Shown here piece by piece: positions 12,803-25,866 of a stretch of DNA of 64,000 bases. Each line of letters begins with the position of its first letter. Position 1 is the stretch's first letter. Made by a program: the position numbers and the translations under genes. The notes under the pieces are model-generated. The model did not search any database. It saw nothing but the letters and a program-made list of their open reading frames with translations, and was not told the origin of the DNA. Location: assembly GCF_009914755.1 (NCBI RefSeq), contig NC_060928.1; one strand, written 5' to 3'. This DNA is from the human T2T-CHM13v2.0 reference genome, Homo sapiens.

Positions 12803-12973
12803 CAGTGGTTCTAACACTTTATTCTATCAGTTACCTAAATGGATAGTTACAGTTCAGGCTGTGGGATTCCATCTCCAGAGTTTCTGATTTAGTAGGTCTG
12901 GGATGGGGGACATACCAAAATCCTAAGTGATGCTGTTGCTGTTGATGAGGGGCACATGCTTTGAGAAATGCTG
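12803..12973. mobile_element. MER5A (hAT-Charlie) DNA transposon
   Basis: cagtggttct...ttgagaaatgctg termini; 'ccagagtttctgatttagtaggtctgggatgggg'. Confidence 0.8.
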
Positions 12974-13162
12974 CAAATCTAAAGAGAAGAATTAAACACA
13001 ACATGAACTAATATTAGCACAACACCAGGATCAGTGGCATTATATTCAATGTGTGACAGGACACAGTGAATGAGGTCCAAAGCCGGGAGATAAGGAACAG
13101 CTGAAGAAACAAAATTTACCATGAAGTAAGTATCCAGGGTTTGGTTTGTTGAACAAACCAGG

Positions 13163-13526
13163 AACTATTATTTAAATGTGTACCCTCCAAAATTCAGATG
13201 TTGCTAATGTGATAGTATTAAGGTGGAACCTTTAAGAGGTGATTAGGCTATGAGGGCTCCTCCATTGTGAATTGAATTAGCTACCCTTATAAAAGAGCTT
13301 GCCAAAGGGAATACTTCCTTTTTGCCTTTCCTCATCTGCCATGTGAGGACAGAACATTCAAGGTGTCCTCTTGGAAGCAGAGTACAGACCCTAATCAGAC
13401 ATGGAACCTCTTAGCTCCTAGATCTTTGACTTCCCAGCCTCTAGAATTGTGAAAAATAAATTTTTGTTATTTATAAATTACCCAGTATGTGCTAGTTTAT
13501 TATAGTAGTACAAATGAACTAAGATA
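13163..13526 (+). mobile_element. MaLR solo LTR (MSTC/MSTD-like)
   Basis: 'ccctccaaaattca...tttaagaggtgattagg...ataaattacccagt...actaagata'. Confidence 0.8.
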
Positions 13527-13753
13527 TGAGGGATTCAAAACTCTCAAAGAGTGACAGCCCAGCTTAGACATTGAGGTAGATTCTTACTGTCTAAAGCCAT
13601 AGGCTTATTATGAACAATCCTAATCAAAAATCAGATTATTGGAATATTGGAATTTAAAGATCATCTGCTCCTTCATTTAACTAATAGAAAAATGTTCATA
13701 AAATTCACAGCTAGTTTACACAGGTATCTATCATACAATTGTAATTTTGAGGG

Positions 13754-14119
13754 TGCTATGGTCTGAATGTTTGTGTCCCTCCAAAATATTTATGTTGAAA
13801 TCTAACCCCAATAAGTTGGTAATAAGAGGTGGGGCCTTTGGTATGTGACTAAGACATGAGGGTAGAGCTCTCATGAATAGGATTAACTCTCTTATAAAAG
13901 AGACTTGAGAAATGTTGTTCACTCCTTTTACCTTTACGCTATGTGAGGAGAGAGTGAGAAGGCATCATCTATAAGAAATGGGCCCCCACTAGTCACTGTA
14001 CCTGCTGGCACTTTGATCGTGGACTTCTCAGCCTCTAGAGTTATGAGAAAAACATTTATGTTATTTATAAATTACCCAATATAAGTTATCTTTGATAGCA
14101 GACTGAACAGTCTTAGACA
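13754..14119 (+). mobile_element. MLT1A-like solo LTR
   Basis: tgctatggtctgaatgtttgtgtccc...tagaca termini. Confidence 0.85.
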
Positions 14120-14124
14120 TGGGG

Positions 14125-14510
14125 TGTGTCAAAGATTGGCTGGATGCTCACAAACCTATTTATTCTTAAGTCCAGAGGTAGTTCAAATGTCCTATTTTCC
14201 CTTTCAGTGAGGTATAATTATGTGACTGAATTTTTGCTGATATGTGATTTATGTCACTTTTAGGACTGACATTTTTAAACACTTTCTTCACCATCTTACA
14301 TGCTTACTGTCTTTCCCCAGGTATTAGCTGACAGTAGAAGAGGATCAAGTCCAAGAATATGTCATAATTACATGGAAGAAGGAATGTGTGTTTATGATAT
14401 TCTGGAGCAAGCCCCTCCTCCAACTCCCACTAACTGGCACTGGACTGTGACATGTATTAAGAAATAAACACACTTAGTTAGTTAGTGCATTAAGATTTTG
14501 TTTTTTGTTT
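14125..14510 (+). mobile_element. Old MLT1 (I/J-like) LTR
   Basis: 'atgtgactgaattt...tggactgtgacatg...gaaataaac'. Confidence 0.55.
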
Positions 14511-14622
14511 TGTTTTGCCTTTTATATGTGTATGTATGTGTGCATGCATGTACTATATATATGTATATATATAATTTATTTATCTATTTTTACAAGTATA
14601 TCCTCATTCGTTTGGGTAGCTT

Positions 14623-17142
14623 GGTGGTAGATTAACAGTAGTTGCAAATGCTTTTACATTTTTTCCATAGAGAGGTAAAGTTTATGTTCCCTCTTTCTGA
14701 ATCTGGCCAAGTTTAGTGAACAGTGGAGCAGAGTCAAAGTGATGCACCAGTTTCCAGGACAAGTCTTTAAGGAACTTACAGCTTCAACTTCATGGATCCT
14801 GGAATGCTCTCTGAAATTCATCCACCATGCCATGAGGAAGATGAGGCAGTCCCATGAAGAGTCTTACTAATTTTCCAGCCACTGAGTAAGCCTCCTATAA
14901 ATGAATTTTCTTGCCTGGATTGAGTTCCAATTGGTGTGTGCAGCCACAAAGATCCATTGCTGATGTTGTTGATTTATTACCTAGTGTATTAGTTCATTTT
15001 CATGATTCTGATAAAGACATACTCAAGACTGGGTAATTTATAAAGAAAAAGTGGTTTAATGTAATCAGTTTCAAGTGGCTAGGGAAGACTCATAATTATA
15101 TCGGAAGGCGAAAGTCATGTCTCACATGGCAGCAGACAAAGAAAGAATGGAATCAAGTGCAAAGGGTTTCTCCTTATAAAACCATAAGATCTCCTGAGAC
15201 TTATTCACTACAAAGATTGCAATATGGGGGAAACCACACCCATGATTCAATTAGCTCCCATCAGTCCCTCTAACAACATGTGGGAATTATAGGAGCTACA
15301 ACTCAAGATGAGATTTGGGTGGGAATGGCCCTGACCCCTCCCAAATCTCATGTCCTCACATTTCACAACCAATCGTGCCTTCCCAACAGTCCCCAAAGTC
15401 TTAACCCATTTCAACATTAACTCAAATGTCCAAGTCCAAAGTTTCATCTGAGACCAGGCAAGTCCCTTCTGCCTAGGAGCCTGTAAAATCAAAATCAAGT
15501 TAGTTACTTCCAAGATAAATGGTGGTACAGGTATTGGATAAATATACCCATCCCAAAAGGGAGAAATAGGCCAAAAGGAAGGGGCTGAAGGCCCCATGCA
15601 TGTCCAAAATTGAGCAGGGAAGTCAATCTTAAAGCTTTAAAATGATCTCATTTGACTCCATGTCTCACATCCAAGTTACACTGATGCAAGAGATGGGTTC
15701 CCCACCTCTTTGGCACCTCTGCCTCTGTGGCTTTGCAGGCTACAACCTCCCTCCTGGCTTTATTCACAGGCTGGCATTGATTATCTGCAGCTTTTCCAGG
15801 TGCACAGTGCAAGCTGTCAGTGGAGCTACCATTCTGGGGTTTGGAGTATGGTGACCCTCCTCTCACAGCTCCACTAGTCCCAGTGGGGACTCTGTTTGGG
15901 GTCTTCAAACCCACAGTTCCCTTTCACATCACCCTAGCAGAGGTTCTCCATGAGGGCCCCACCCCTGCAGCAGACTTCTGATTGGACATCCAGGTGTTTC
16001 CACACATCCCCTAAACTCTAGGTGGAGGTTGCCAAACCTCAATTCTTGACTTCTGTGCACCTGCAGGCTCAACACCACGTGGAAGCTGTCAGGGCTTGGA
16101 ACTTCCACCATCTGAAGCCATGGCCTGAGCTGTACATTGGTCCATTTTAGCCAAAGCTGGAGTGGCTGGTACACAGGGCACCAAAACCCTAGGCTGCACA
16201 CAGCAGGTGGACCCTGGGTCTGACTCATGAAACCATTTTTTTCCTCCTATGCCTCCTGGCCTGAGTTGAGAGGGGCTACTGTGAAGGTCTCTGACATGCC
16301 CTTGAGACATTTTCCCTATTGTCTTGGTGATTAACATTTGGTTCCTCATCCTTATTACTTAGGCAAATTTCTGCAGCCAGCTGAATTTCTCCTCAGAAAA
16401 TGGCGTTGTTCTTTTCTATCAAATCATCAGGCTGCAAATTTTCCAAACTTTTATGCTCGTTTTCCTTTTAAAACTGAATGCTTTTAATGGCACCCAAGTC
16501 ACCTCTTGAATGCTTTACTGCTTAGAAATTTCTTCTGCCAGATACCCTAAATTTTGTCTCTCAAATTAAAAGTTCCACAAATCTCTAGGGCAAGGGCAAA
16601 ACACCACCAGTCTCTTTGCTATAACATAGAAAGCGTCACCTTTACTCCAGTTCTCAACAAGTTCCTCATCTCCATCTGAGATCACCTCAACCTGGATTTT
16701 ATTGTCCATATGATTATCAGCATTTTGGTCAAAGCCATTCAACAAGTCTCTAGGAAGTTCCAACCTTTTCCACATTTTTCTGTCTTCTTTGAGACCTCCA
16801 AACTGTTCCAACCTCTGCCTGTTACCCAGTTCCAAAGTCATTTCCACATTTTTGGGTACCTTTTCAGCAGTGCCCCACTCTACTGGCACCAATTTACTAT
16901 ATTAGTCTGTTTTTGCACTGCTGATAAATACATACCCCAGAGTGGGCAATTTATAAAGAAAATCTTGTGAGAATTATTAACTACCATGAGAACAGTATGG
17001 AGGAAACTGCCCCCATGATTCAATTATCTCTCACTAGGTCCCTCCAACAACATGTGGGAATTATGGGAGCTACAACTCAAGATGAGATTTGGGTGGGGAC
17101 ACAGCCAAACCATATCCCATAGAGACAGATAATTGGAATACA
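14623..17142 (+). mobile_element. MLT1 (F-H-like) LTR split by a THE1B insertion (pieces 14623-14984 and 17118-17142)
   Basis: MLT1 5' body before 14985; MLT1 terminus 'agataattggaataca' after 17117. Confidence 0.6.
14985..17117 (-). mobile_element. Full-length THE1B: LTR 14985-15325, internal region, LTR 16898-17117
   Basis: Two LTRs; THE1-internal ORF remnant 16566-16892 (EDRKMWKRLELPRDLLNGFDQNADN); TSD cctag/catag. Confidence 0.93.
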
Positions 17143-17313
17143 TCTTTTCTTCTTAATAAAACTGAAATTTCTATTTTCCAAATTACTCTTTTCCAAGATG
17201 AATACATTTAGAGTACATTTATTGCACAGATATTCTGACTGCATATGTTAAGTATTCTTCTGCAATACTTAGCTATTCTGTTCATTCTCTCCTATTCACT
17301 CCAACCTCCTTAG

Positions 17314-17457
17314 AGTAGATAATGGAAAATACAGTAGAAAATAGAAACAATGGGAAAACATCTGTGGAATAATTGGAATTGAGATCAAAAGAAATAAACA
17401 AATTAACCACAGAACAGGAATACAAGAAAGAAAAATGCAACACCTGTTTTGAATTAG
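17314..17457 (+). pseudogene. Candidate decayed exon (144 bp, phase 1->1)
   Basis: Long pyrimidine tract + ag, purine-rich body, TTAG|gtgact; reads E*IMENTVENRNNGKTSVE*LELRSKEINKLTTEQEYKKEKCNTCFEL. Confidence 0.35.
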
Positions 17458-17514
17458 GTGACTGATACTGTTTCCCACTTCTTGCTGTTTTACATTTTAT
17501 ATCATCTTGTAATA

Positions 17515-17640
17515 TATGTATCCATCTTTGCCATTGAAATATAAGTTCTTTTACAAGGGGACACTGTCTTTTATCTCATTATCCCCAGATAATGATTGTC
17601 TTGCATATACTGAGTATGCAAGTTACATTTTTTAAAATAA
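17515..17640 (+). mobile_element. L2 3' end
   Basis: 'aatataagttcttttacaaggggacactgtctttt'. Confidence 0.5.
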
Positions 17641-17809
17641 AAGAACCTACTGCTCTTCTCTCTTTTATTCCATTTAATTACTCAGGATTTGTAAAAACAA
17701 AGAGAGATAAAAGAAATATATTAAACAAGTTGAATACTCAATGCTAAGATAAGAGAATTTATTGCATTTACATTGTTTTTGATTTTTGAGAGATTGCTTT
17801 TTATATTTA

Positions 17810-19950
17810 AATTTAATTTTTTTATACTTTTATAAAACATTTACATGAATCTTAATTCAAAATGACAAAACAATGTATAGTCAAGTAAGCTTAAATTTCA
17901 TAGTTGTCTTCTCCACTCTCCTTTCCACAATAGAAAACTCTTTTCACATATTTTTTTATTGACACTTCCTTTTTTATTGTCTAAAATATAATTATGTGCA
18001 GACATACATAGACACATAGTCTTTATTTTTAGATAAAAGGCAAGAGGCTACAGATACTCTTTTGTAACTTGATATATTTACCTAAATCTATATTGCAAAG
18101 ATGATTAATCATCGTGGTGCATAGTGATCTTTTTTCTTCTCTCTCAGTAGTATGGTATTCCACTGGGAGGCTTACCTTAGTTTTTTATTGTTTTCAATTA
18201 GTCATCTGTTCAAACCATTCCATAGCACAGAGGACTGTACTGATTAGCCATATAAATACCTTATTTTTATGTTTTTGCAAGTGTATTTTGGGGTTAGATT
18301 CCTAGGAGTAGAATTGCTTGAATAAAGTCCTGATGCATATGTAATTTTGCTGTTAATTGCACAAATTGTGCCATTCTTTATGTACAACACCAATAGAAGT
18401 CTGTCCATATAAGTCTTTTTGTCCATTCTTTAATTGTATGTTAAATTCTGGGATACATGTGCAAAATATGCAGGTTTGTTACATAGGTATACATGTGCCA
18501 TGGTGGTTTACTGCACCCATCAACCTGTCATCTACATTACGTATTTCTCCTAATGCTATCCCTCCCCTTGCCCTCCAACCCCTGACAGGCCCCAGTGTGT
18601 GATGTTCCCCTCCCTGTGCCCATATGTCCTCATTTTTCAACTACCACTTATGAGTGAGAACATGTGGTGTTTTGTTTTCTGTTCCTGTGTTAGTTTGCTG
18701 AGAATGTTGGTTTCCAGCTTCATCCATGTCCCTGCAAAGGACATGAACTCATTCTTTTTATGACTGCATAGTATTCCATGGTGTATATGTGCCACATTTC
18801 TTTATCCAGTCTAACATTGATTGGCATTTGGGTTGGTTCCAAGTCTTTGCTATTGTGAGTAGTGCTGCAATAAACATACGTGTACATGTGTCTTTATAGT
18901 AGACTGATTTATAATCCTTTGGGTATATACTAAGTAATTGACTTGCTGGGTCAAATGGTATTTCTAGTTCTAAATCCTTGAGGAATCCTCACACTGTCTT
19001 CCACAATGGTTGAAGTAATTTACACTCTCACCAACAGTGTAAAAGCATTCCTATTTCTCCACATCCTCTCCAGCATCTGTTATTTCCTGACTTTTTAATG
19101 ATCACCATTCTAACTGGCATGAGATGGTATCTTATTGTGGTTTTGATTTGCAGATCTCTAATGACCAGTGATGATGAGCTTTTTTTCATTTGTTTCCTGG
19201 CCACATAAATGTCTTCTTTTTAAAAGTGTCTGTTCAAGTCCTTCACCACTTTTTGATGGGTTTTTTTTTCTTGTAAATTTGTTTATGTCCCTTGTAGATT
19301 CTGGATATTAGCCCTTTGTCAGATGGATAGATTGCAAAAATTTCTTCCCATTCTTTAGTTGCCTGTTCACTCTAATGATAGCTTGTTTTGCTGTTCAAGA
19401 AGCTCTTTGGTTTAATTAAATCCCATTTGTTAATTTTGGATTTGTTGCCATTGCTTTCAATGTTTTAATCATGAAGTCTTTGCCTATGCCTATGTCCTGA
19501 ATGGTATTGCCTAGGTTTTCTTCTAGGGTTTTTAAGGGTTTAGGTCTTATGTTAAAATCTTTAATCCATCTTGAGTTAATTCTTGTATAAGGTGTGAGGA
19601 AGGGGTCCAGTTTCAGTTTTCTGCATATGGCTAGCCAGTTTTCCCAACTGTGTTTATTAAATAGGGAACTTTTATCTTTCTTATCAATGATGTTGAAAGT
19701 TTTCACATGTTTAAAAACTCTTTGCACTTATTTTTCAATGAACTTCAGTGCTTCTTGTTTTTCTATACTGATGTGGATATTTCTCTTATCTTCTTTTATA
19801 AGGTTTTTATATTAAGAAAATGAATGTTTTCACTACAATTCAAAGATTTTCCCAGCTGTCCTTTCCTGCTTATAAAGAATTTTGCCATATAAAAACATGT
19901 TTAGTGTTATTAAATTATTCATTACTCCTTATTACCTCTGGAATTTGAAG
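17810..19950 (-). mobile_element. Old L1M fragment hosting an L1PA insertion
   Basis: 'gattcctaggagtagaattgct' L1M-type sequence on both sides of the L1PA. Confidence 0.55.
18427..19668 (-). mobile_element. 5'-truncated L1PA (PA7/8-like), 1.24 kb
   Basis: 3' UTR plus ORF2 C-terminal remnant (ORF 19416-19727: [27 protein letters not shown]). Confidence 0.93.
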
Positions 19951-20577
19951 AACATTTACAAAATATTTCTCTATTATAATAATTGATTTTCAGCTTAGAT
20001 TATGATTAATTTCTAAGTCTTCTTATCAAATATCATTTATAACATTTGTCTCATATACTACAATCATGGCCAAAATGCAAATAACAAATACTCTGATTTG
20101 AGAAGGGAGAGAGCTGCATTATGGTACAGAAAACAGGTAAATAGTACCTGTTAGTGCATTCTATATCTGGTGTACTGACTGTCAAGCAATGAAACCTGAT
20201 TAAATTATTTCAAACTACTAGAAGTTTTCACTAAGATTTTACAAGTGTCAAAATTTCAATAACATGACAATTATTCTGCCATTTCCAACTACCAGAACAA
20301 ATAATGCAATAGTGGAAAGCAAAGTGGAAAGGAAGAGTTTTAAGAAAGAGACAAAGAAAAATTACCTTTTAGATTCTGTTTGGGATTGCCTAGGTCAAAA
20401 GACCTACCTCCTTTTCTGTACCTCATAGGCCATTTTTCATGTGACTTGGAAGGCCTCCTTGACCTTCCAAGTCCTGTAAAAAATTTGACATTTATACCGA
20501 TTAGTAAAAATATGCTTTCTTCTACATTTGTACTATCAACTTAGTTGATAAAGTGGAAACATTTTGTTTCCTCAATA

Positions 20578-20840
20578 CAATTGCCTTCAAAATCCATGGC
20601 TCCAAATTCCTGGATTCAAACAACCAGGAATTAAAAATATTAAAAACGAAGCAAAACCTTATTCAAAATAGCATAAAACAACACAAAATAAAAATACAAT
20701 ATAACAACTATGTAGCATTTACATTGTATTAGGTATTATAAGTAATCCAGAGATGATTTCTAGTATACAGAAGAATGTGCATTGGTTATATGCAAATACT
20801 ATACCATCTTATATAAGGAACTTGAGCATTCTGGATTTTG
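20578..20840 (-). mobile_element. MER2 (TcMar-Tigger), truncated on the right
   Basis: 'gcatttacattgtattaggtattataagtaat...cttgagcatt'; TA before the left end. Confidence 0.85.
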
Positions 20841-20850
20841 CTTCCACCTT

Positions 20851-21531
20851 CAAAAGAAAGGCAATCAGTATATTGAAAAGATATCTGTACTCTTATGTTT
20901 GTTGCAGTACTGTTTTTAGTAGCTAATATTTGGAAACAACCTAGGTGTCCATCAATAGATGAATGGATAAAGAAAATATGGTACTTAACATACAATGCAG
21001 GACTATTCTGCCATAAAAAAAAGAATAAGATCCAGTCACTTGCAACAACATGGGTGAAACTGGAAAGCCTTATGTTAAGTGAAATAGGCCAGGCATACAA
21101 AAGCAAACTTTGCATGTTCTCACTTATTTATAGAATCTAAAAAGCAAATCTATTGAATTCATGAACACAGAGGGTAGAAAGATGGTTACCAGAGGCTGGG
21201 AAGCGTAGTGGGGGATTTTAAGGGAAGGTGAGGATGGTTAATGGGTACAAACAAAAATAGAAAGAATGAATAAGACTTACAATTTGATAGCACAATGGGG
21301 TGACTCTAGTTAATAATAACTTAATTGTATGTTGTTAAGAAACTTAAAGAAAGTAATTGGATTGTATGTAACTCAAAGAATAAATACTTAAGGGAATGGA
21401 TACCCCATTCTTCATTGATGCACTCATTTCATATTGCATGCCTGCATCAAAATATCTGATGTACCCCATAAATATATACACCTACTATTTACCCACAAAA
21501 TATATTTTTAAAAATTAAAAACTAAAAAAAA
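20851..21531 (+). mobile_element. L1MA1/2-like 3' end
   Basis: ORF2 tail (ORF 20895-21140: IWKQPRCPSIDEWIKKIWY) and L1MA 3' UTR. Confidence 0.9.
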
Positions 21532-21879
21532 TTACTCATGCTTCCCTAGAGAGCGGCAATTCAAGAATAATGGCAGAGTTGAAGACTTATGTGTCCATTA
21601 TAATTTTTATTTTATAATTTTTGTGATTTAAATATTACAAGCACTGTTGCCATCAATAATGTGATTTTCAAAATAAAATAAATATTTATTTGTAAAATAT
21701 GAACAAAACAATGTATAATTTGCCACTGATTAATATGGTAGTTTTATTCTTATAACATCAGTGTATGTAGTAACACAGAAGTCTTTGTGTCTACATGCAA
21801 AATGGTTTCCAGTTTTAGATAATTATAAATACCTTTTAACCCAGAGTACTGTCCAATAAGAGAGTCAAGCTATCCAGAT

Positions 21880-22050
21880 AAGGGCAAATATTTTGTTGCA
21901 TAAGACTGTCCCTTATGTTGCAGGATGTAAACTATCACTGTTTCTATCCACACAGTGACCATTGAATCATTGTGAAATACAAAAATATTTCTAAATTAAA
22001 TTTTAAATGCTGTGCAGGGTGTGGAATCTTTTCCATTTGCAACCACCAAT
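21880..22050. mobile_element. MER20-like hAT fragment
   Basis: 'gactgtcccttatgttgcaggatgt...ttgtgaaatacaaaaat'. Confidence 0.5.
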
Positions 22051-22054
22051 GTGA

Positions 22055-22660
22055 GGTATTGTAGGAAATCATAGGATGCTATCTTTCATACTGAAACAGG
22101 GCGCTATTACAAGGTTTTGAGTAAAAGAGCCTTATGAGGAATATTTTGAAGCCCCTTTCACTATCTCTGACAGGGTTTACAGCTCAATATTCTTCATAGC
22201 CCTGACATGTATTTGAAAATAACTACTGTTAATGCTCAGTTGAAAGTAGACAATGGGATATTAAGAGTAGAAGCAGAAATATCAGTTAGGAGATTATTTG
22301 CAATAATCCAGGTAAAAGATGGTAGTGATTTAAGTCAGGGCGTTAAGATGATATTGTCTAATTCTGTAAGAATTTTAAAGAATAGCCAATAGGATTTGGT
22401 GATAAATTAACTACAGACTGAGAGAGAAACACATAACACCAATACCTTAGAAAGATAAAGTTAACATTTAGTGAGATAATGAAGATGTGGTAGCTGGGGG
22501 AGGAAGTTTTATGTGGAATGATCAACCATTGGGTATTGTTCATTTTGAGATTGTGAGTTTCATATACATCAAAAAAAGTGTTTGATGTCTATTAGCATCA
22601 AAATAAGCTAGCTGTCTGTTGGATAGAATCTGGAGTTCATGGGGAGAAGCTCTAGCAGAA
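22055..22660 (-). mobile_element. L2 fragment
   Basis: 'cagttaggagattatttgcaataatccagg...gatggtagtg'. Confidence 0.7.
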
Positions 22661-24230
22661 TGTCACTAACCTCTCAATATAGGAAGCCAAACCTACTCAG
22701 CTGCTGAAGCAGATCACGAGTGGAGAACTCATGGAGAGTTATGTGTACATCTTTTTGCATCTGTGTAACTACTGTCTCTGTGGACTAACAGCCAGGTATA
22801 TGGTGGTGGTAAGCCTAGGGTCAGGGTTGATCAGAAGGACCAGCGTTTAGGAAAGAGTTGAGCATGGAGAAGAGCACAGTGATGACAGAAATTCATCATT
22901 TATCCTCAAATCTGTAAGTTACCACATCTGAACACAAGTATAGTGTAACAGTTATGGTGTATTAGTCTGTTTTCATACTGCTATAAAGAACTACCTAAGA
23001 CTGGGTAATTTGTGAAGAAAAGAGGTTTAATTGACTCATGGTTCTGCAGGCTTAACAGCATGCATGACTGGGAGGCCTCAAAACACAATCATGGTGGAAG
23101 GTGGAGGGAAAGCAAGCACCTTCTTCACATGGTGGCGAGAGAGAGAGAGAAGGGTGAAGTCACATGCATTTTTAAACCACCAGATCTCATGAGAGCTCAC
23201 TCACTATCATGAGAACAGCAAGAGGGAAATCCACCCCCATGATCTAATCACCACCCACCAGATCCCTCCTCCAATTCGACATGTGATTTGGGTGGGAACA
23301 CAAATCCAAACCATATCATATGTCTACTGCTTCTATTATGCGTTCTAAATCCCATGTGAGTTTTTTGTTTTGGAAAGTGCTAATTAAGAACCATACAGGA
23401 AAAGGAATTCTTGAAAAAATAGTTTTCAGTGTGGTAAGTCAATCGACAACAGTCCACCATGGTCTACACCTTGTCTGCTTGGTATCCATACACATCATTT
23501 TAACCATATTTAACTTCCAAATAAACACAATAGCAATATTAAGTTTCCATCTGACAAGATAAAATTGTGTCATGTAAAAATCCCTCCTCCCAAATATTAC
23601 CCCACTCTCCTAAACAGGATACACAAAGTCTTACTTTTTATATCTTGAGGTGATGTTCATTTGTCTAAGTCACACTTCCTCTTTAATATTTGTTAACTTT
23701 AATAGCGTCTAACTTAAATACTGAAATATAAGTTTAACCATTTTTAGCACATCTTCTCTTTAATAATAGAGGAATTAGAGTGAAAAAATAAAAAGAATAA
23801 CAATTGTCATATACACATACACAAATATTTTACATATATATACACACACATGCAGATACATACACATATGCATAAACTTACACATACACACAAACTCAAA
23901 TAAGAAAGAAACCTGTAACTGCTAGTCCTCCTTCCAGCATATTATAATGTAATCATAGCTGGTATTAATAAATTCTATTTTCCACAATCCATTTCATATT
24001 TTCTTTGGCATCAGAAAGTGCCTCAGATGACTATGGTTTCTTGACTGGTATGATGAGTTCAAAATTCATTTCTGAAAAGTCTATTACATTGGGTCCTGTC
24101 TATTTGAGTTGTAGTTTTTCATTTACTGTTATTATAAGACATATGAGTACAAAGAGACGACCAAGAGAGACTCCAGCATTTCGTGTACTCCTTCCTACTA
24201 GTATTGTGCAGTAGCAAGCATTTCTCCCCT
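22660..24230 (-). mobile_element. ERVL remnant: MLT2-like LTR (~22660-23460, split by MSTA) plus ERVL internal 3' end
   Basis: 'ccttgtctgcttggtatccatacacatc...taacttccaaataaacacaatagcaa' matches ERVL internal sequence next to the LTR. Confidence 0.65.
22958..23318 (-). mobile_element. MSTA-like solo LTR
   Basis: tgtattagtc...caaatccaaaccatatca; TSD tatgg/tatgt. Confidence 0.9.
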
Positions 24231-25560
24231 AAGAGCTGGGGAAGACTTTAGGAAATGAGACTGTGGGATAACAAAAGAATTAATGAAATAATCTTACAAA
24301 GAGTGTTGCAGTGACCAATGATGATTAGGTACCATGAACTGAGGCATATGATTAACTCATCTTTTTATATTTAAAGTTAAAATAATTATAGGGCATATAT
24401 TCTGTTTAACATGGAATCAAGGCTCAATGGAGATAAATTTTCTGAAGTGAACTCTCTCAAGGGAAGAACTGTGAGAGATAATACATAAAGCAATCACATA
24501 GACTGTAAAGTGAGAACCTTATTGATTTTATAAGCCCTCTGATTGAAGTACGGCTATATTTCTTGGCTTAATCAGAATTGGCCCAGGAACTGGGTCAGTA
24601 CAAAGCATTAAGGGGGTTGTGTCAGTGAAACAAACAAAAAGCTGAAAAAAGAAGGAATAGAGCCAATAAAACACATTGGAATTGACAATCATCTGTTTCT
24701 TTTTGGTGTGGGTATTTGGCTCTTACAGATCTTGGTAAAAATTAAAATGAAAAATGTTTCAGGATAAGTCATAGCTTACTTCTCCTGAAAGTCAGCATAA
24801 ACTAAAAAACTACTTTGCAATCAATTTTATAGTGCCACAGCATTCCTTGCCTTGAGGCCCAGGTTATTTACTTTTTGTATATTATAATAATGAATAATGT
24901 CCTATAATGTGTACTGCATTCTTCTCTGGCTTGCAGAACTGATATCTTTATTGTTTATGAATTATAGCTGCTGTGGTGTCATTAGCCTTTTTCGGTTATA
25001 AACACCTGGAATATTCAAGTTGCTTTTTGCAGCATGGTATCTTCAGCACAAATAATTATGCATTAGCCCTAAATTTTATATCTTCCAAATGCTTTACAAC
25101 CTGTGTTTTATTAGTTGCTGCTAAAGAACACACCTGTAAATCAACTCAGGTTATTACCCTTTTTTCCACTTATTCACAGGAGGAATAAAACAACATGGGA
25201 ACCCAGCAGTTCACAATCATGGTGGGAATATAAGGGATGAAATTGGTATTTCTTAGAAATAGGAATCCACTCAATGTTCCAACCACATTCTAGCTCAACG
25301 TTTCAGTTATTTCTAAAAGTATGAAAACTTGAACAAGAACCTACTAAACACAACCAACTCAATATGATTAATAAAATTATTTTTCTAGGTAATTTAGTCA
25401 TTCCCTCAACTTATTGTTTCTCAGAAACTAGTGGTTCTATTATATAACAGATACAAATAATTGTCAGTTGTTCAGTTTTCTTTATCTTTGTAAACATAGT
25501 TACTGGCTAGAGGAAAACGTAACACCTTGAGGTATCACTTTTTATGGTACATGAACATGA

Positions 25561-25866
<306 letters not shown>

